Shown: positions 61,290-64,000 of the stretch, piece by piece
Layout of the letters: the number at the start of each line of letters is the position of its first letter
Position numbering within the stretch: the first letter of the stretch is position 1
DNA from: Eutreptiella sp. 'Long Island Sound 2002'
Lineage: Eukaryota > Protista > Euglenida
Assembly: GCA_964036045.1 (NCBI GenBank)
Contig: OZ038378.1
Coordinates: forward strand, 9,672,001 to 9,736,000
Direction: 5' to 3'
Length of the DNA stretch: 64,000 nucleotides
Program-made: the position numbers and the translations under genes
The notes under the pieces: generated by a model
Seen by the model: the letters and a program-made list of their open reading frames with translations, nothing else
Told to the model about the DNA's origin: nothing
Database searches by the model: none

Positions 61290-63712
61290 ACTTGAAGCTG
61301 CAGAACATGCGCACTCCCGGCAGCACGCATTTATCCCGTGCATTGGCGCGTGCGCAGTTCGCAGCGACCCTACCCCCGACGATGCCAGAACGAGTACACC
61401 TGCTCCAGGAGTGGATACTCCCATTGATGATCTACCCGGCGAGGGCCTACTTCCCCACGGAGGATGTATGCACCAAGCTGGCGAATGTGTACCGGGTGGC
61501 CCTAAGCCTCAGCAGCTGGGGCCTCACCCTACCCATACTGCAGCTACCCCCGAAGCTGGGGGGAGCACTCCTCCCGAAACCCAGCCTTTTCTTGCTGTGG
61601 CAACACGCCACACACTTCGTGATGTCCCGGCACAACACTAGTAAGCTCTCCCCCATTTCTGCACAGCATTTCAATGGTTGGGCCAAACGCTTCGGGGTAC
61701 AGGCGGAGCAGGGTGACCTCCCATGGCTACAGCTGGGTCCCATCCCCTGGAACACCTACCCCTTTTTGGGCACCTCAGCAAAAGCCTTCTCCCTGCTACG
61801 GAAACTGGCCCCCATCCTCCCCCCCAACACAGACCAGGCACCACGGCTGAGCTGCTGGCATTCGGTACTTTTCAGGGACACAAATAACAACACATATTTT
61901 TCACTTAAACTCATCAGGGCAGGGATCACACGCATCGGACAGTGCACACCGCACCTGCAAGAGAGACTGCCGCCCACATGGGCCCCGAGGTACAAGGCCC
62001 AGCTGGGACAGGCCTAGCCCCGACCACAGATGACACCACCACAAGAAACATCGGCCATTTTCTGGGGGGGTTGGAATACAAAGGCCATGCTCAGGTACCT
62101 GATGCGTCAGGAACCCCCGGACCCCCGTCAAACACCGGAAACCTGGCAGGCCTGGACCAAGCTATCGGTACCGCCCAAACACCACTCTTTCATACAGACC
62201 GCACTGTGGAAAAAACTCCCAGTGGGGACCAGACTCGCCAACTGGCTCCCTCAGCACACACACTGCGTGGTGGATGGCAAACCAGAAGACATGCGACATG
62301 CGCTTCTGGAGTGCCGGTTCCTCCCCTCTGCGTATCACATTGCGGAACAATGCATGGGGCCAGCGATATTCGAGGATACCACGGAAACAGACCCAGAGGT
62401 CCTCCTGTGGGACATGCCAGTTCTATCCCTCCAGAGCCCGCTAGGGCTGATCATGTGGACCGCGGTTATGGCATCCTGGAACCTGCGCAATGCGGTCAAA
62501 TTCCGAGACACCCCCCCAACATGGGACATATTCCTCACACAGTGGCTATGCATTCTTGCGCGATGGTACGAGCACCCAGCTCCAACCCTCCCCACGCCCG
62601 AAGTGCGGGACATGCACCGAGCAATCGCATCCCTCAAGGAAACAAGAAACCTGCAGCACCCCAGGCTCAGCCAGCCCCACCCATCCCCCCCAAGGCTCCG
62701 CAACCCGCGGCCAAGGAAATGCAAAAAAGACATGTATGGACCAGCGATGGCGGAGGCGCATCAGAAAGTCATTGATGAGTATGTAGCGGAGGGATGGGAA
62801 GCCATCTACCCCAACGGCTCGTCGGAGGTCCATCCGGAGGCGGGAATGGTGGGAGGGTTTGGGGTATATTTCGGGGATCACCGGGACACGGCACAGTGCA
62901 TCCCCACCACTCAGAAATAAACAAATAACAGGGGAGAGCTCCTCGCGGCCATACATGCCATTCGCCATAGGACACAGCACAAGCGCACACTGATCTGCTC
63001 TAATTCAAAACTAGTGGTCATGGGGGCCACAGGCAAAGCCAGCAAATGGTGGCGCCATGACTGGCAAGGTTCGCGGGGGCCGGTGGGCCACGTGGACCTG
63101 TGGGAGCAACATCTTGGGGAAATTGAGCAGGCAGGGGCAGCGGTACGCTGGCTGCATGTCCCCTCACACGTTGGCATTGTAGGGAAAACACACGCGGACA
63201 CACTGGCTGACATGGGCCGCCGCAAATCCCCCCTGCTCCGAGGGTATGTCACCTCGGCCCGGCGCCCACAGCAGGAAGGGCAGACAAAGGAGGAGGAAGA
63301 CGAGTCCGACCTAGATGAGCAACCCATGTTTTCTCCGGAGGAGCGGGCGGCCAGCCCGCCTCCTCGTGGCACACCCCCCCCCCCGACCCCCCTCAGACAG
63401 GGAGTTACTCCACTGCCGGAAGTCGAGGACTGCACCCCAGCCTCCAAGAGACCACGCCACTCACCAGGCTGTACTGACCCGGCCTCTGGATGGAGGTCGC
63501 GGGTGGTCTCCCGCTCACCACGGCAAACACCAATGCGTGACGTCAGGCAGGAACTCTTCCCCTCGTCAGCCCCCCCCTCCCCCCCCGGCAGCTGTGATGA
63601 GGCCTGGCTGGCACCCAGATCACCAGCAACGGCCTCCACGATCACGTGCAGCACGGAGGGCTCACCGTGTGGAACACCGGACCCCACCCGCCCTTTGTTT
63701 GGCACGCCATAA
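61290..63712 (+). mobile_element. 5'-truncated LINE (L1/Tx1-like ORF2 C-terminus: post-RT region, zf-RVT, RNase H, Pro-rich tail)
   Basis: RVHLLQEWILP..IY and LPPKLGG (post-RT); FIQTALWKKLPVG…HCVVDGKPEDMRHALLEC (zf-RVT); then GFGVYFG…TNNRGEL…DLW…WLHVPSH…ADTLA (RNase H). Stops at 62017 and 62920. Confidence 0.85.
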
Positions 63713-63771
63713 TGCACGCAAGCCCACACCCCCATAGGTTCAGACTCCAAGAGCGTCACAAACCCCACACG

Positions 63772-64000
63772 GGGCAAGAGACCGGCACGGCCTAGTAGTG
63801 AGAGCGGTAGTCTTCAGTCGTCCAATGCGGGGGTTCAAACCCGGGAGCTGGTGCTCTTTGGTTCCCTGCATGTAGAGCTCTCTAGTCGGCGTCGTGGGAA
63901 CCACCCCCCCTACAGCAACCCGCGCCACCACCGGTACCGATGGATCGGGTGGAGGTCTCGTCCGTTTTGCCCCAACCCCCAAAAAGTGACACGCATGAAC
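63772..64000 (+). mobile_element. tRNA-derived SINE-like module (copy 2; runs off the window end)
   Basis: GGCCTAGTAGTGAGAGCG…CTTCAG…GGGGGTTCAAACCC; homologous to 45096-45320. Confidence 0.65.

Overview
This is eukaryotic nuclear DNA, not prokaryotic: it has GT-AG type splice acceptors, microsatellites, poly-G/C tracts and dense nested transposon debris. A euglenozoan (euglenid-like) protist is my inference, from the trypanosomatid-style adenylate cyclase, a VIPER/TATE-like retroelement and CCCTAA telomere-type repeats. Three host coding units are well supported: the last exon of a class III adenylate cyclase (545-1072), an apparently intronless GH36 alkaline alpha-galactosidase/raffinose-synthase-family gene (~49928-53134) and a Leu/Phe-tRNA-protein transferase homologue (~56201-57112). 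The best-preserved mobile element is a 5.5 kb tyrosine-recombinase retrotransposon in gag-YR-RT/RNase H order with 111-bp terminal direct repeats (40701-46255). Others are two LINE relics (one with a C-terminal RNase H), PIF/Harbinger elements and MITEs (TAA TSD), hAT-like non-autonomous elements (8-bp TSD), TA-flanked MITEs and several decayed Ty3/gypsy pol fragments. The most intriguing observations are the YR element and its structured repeat, a tRNA-like module found 3' of two unrelated retroelements, and a CCCH-like zinc-finger motif inside the GH36 protein. All calls come from manual motif reading; no database searches or folding programs were run.
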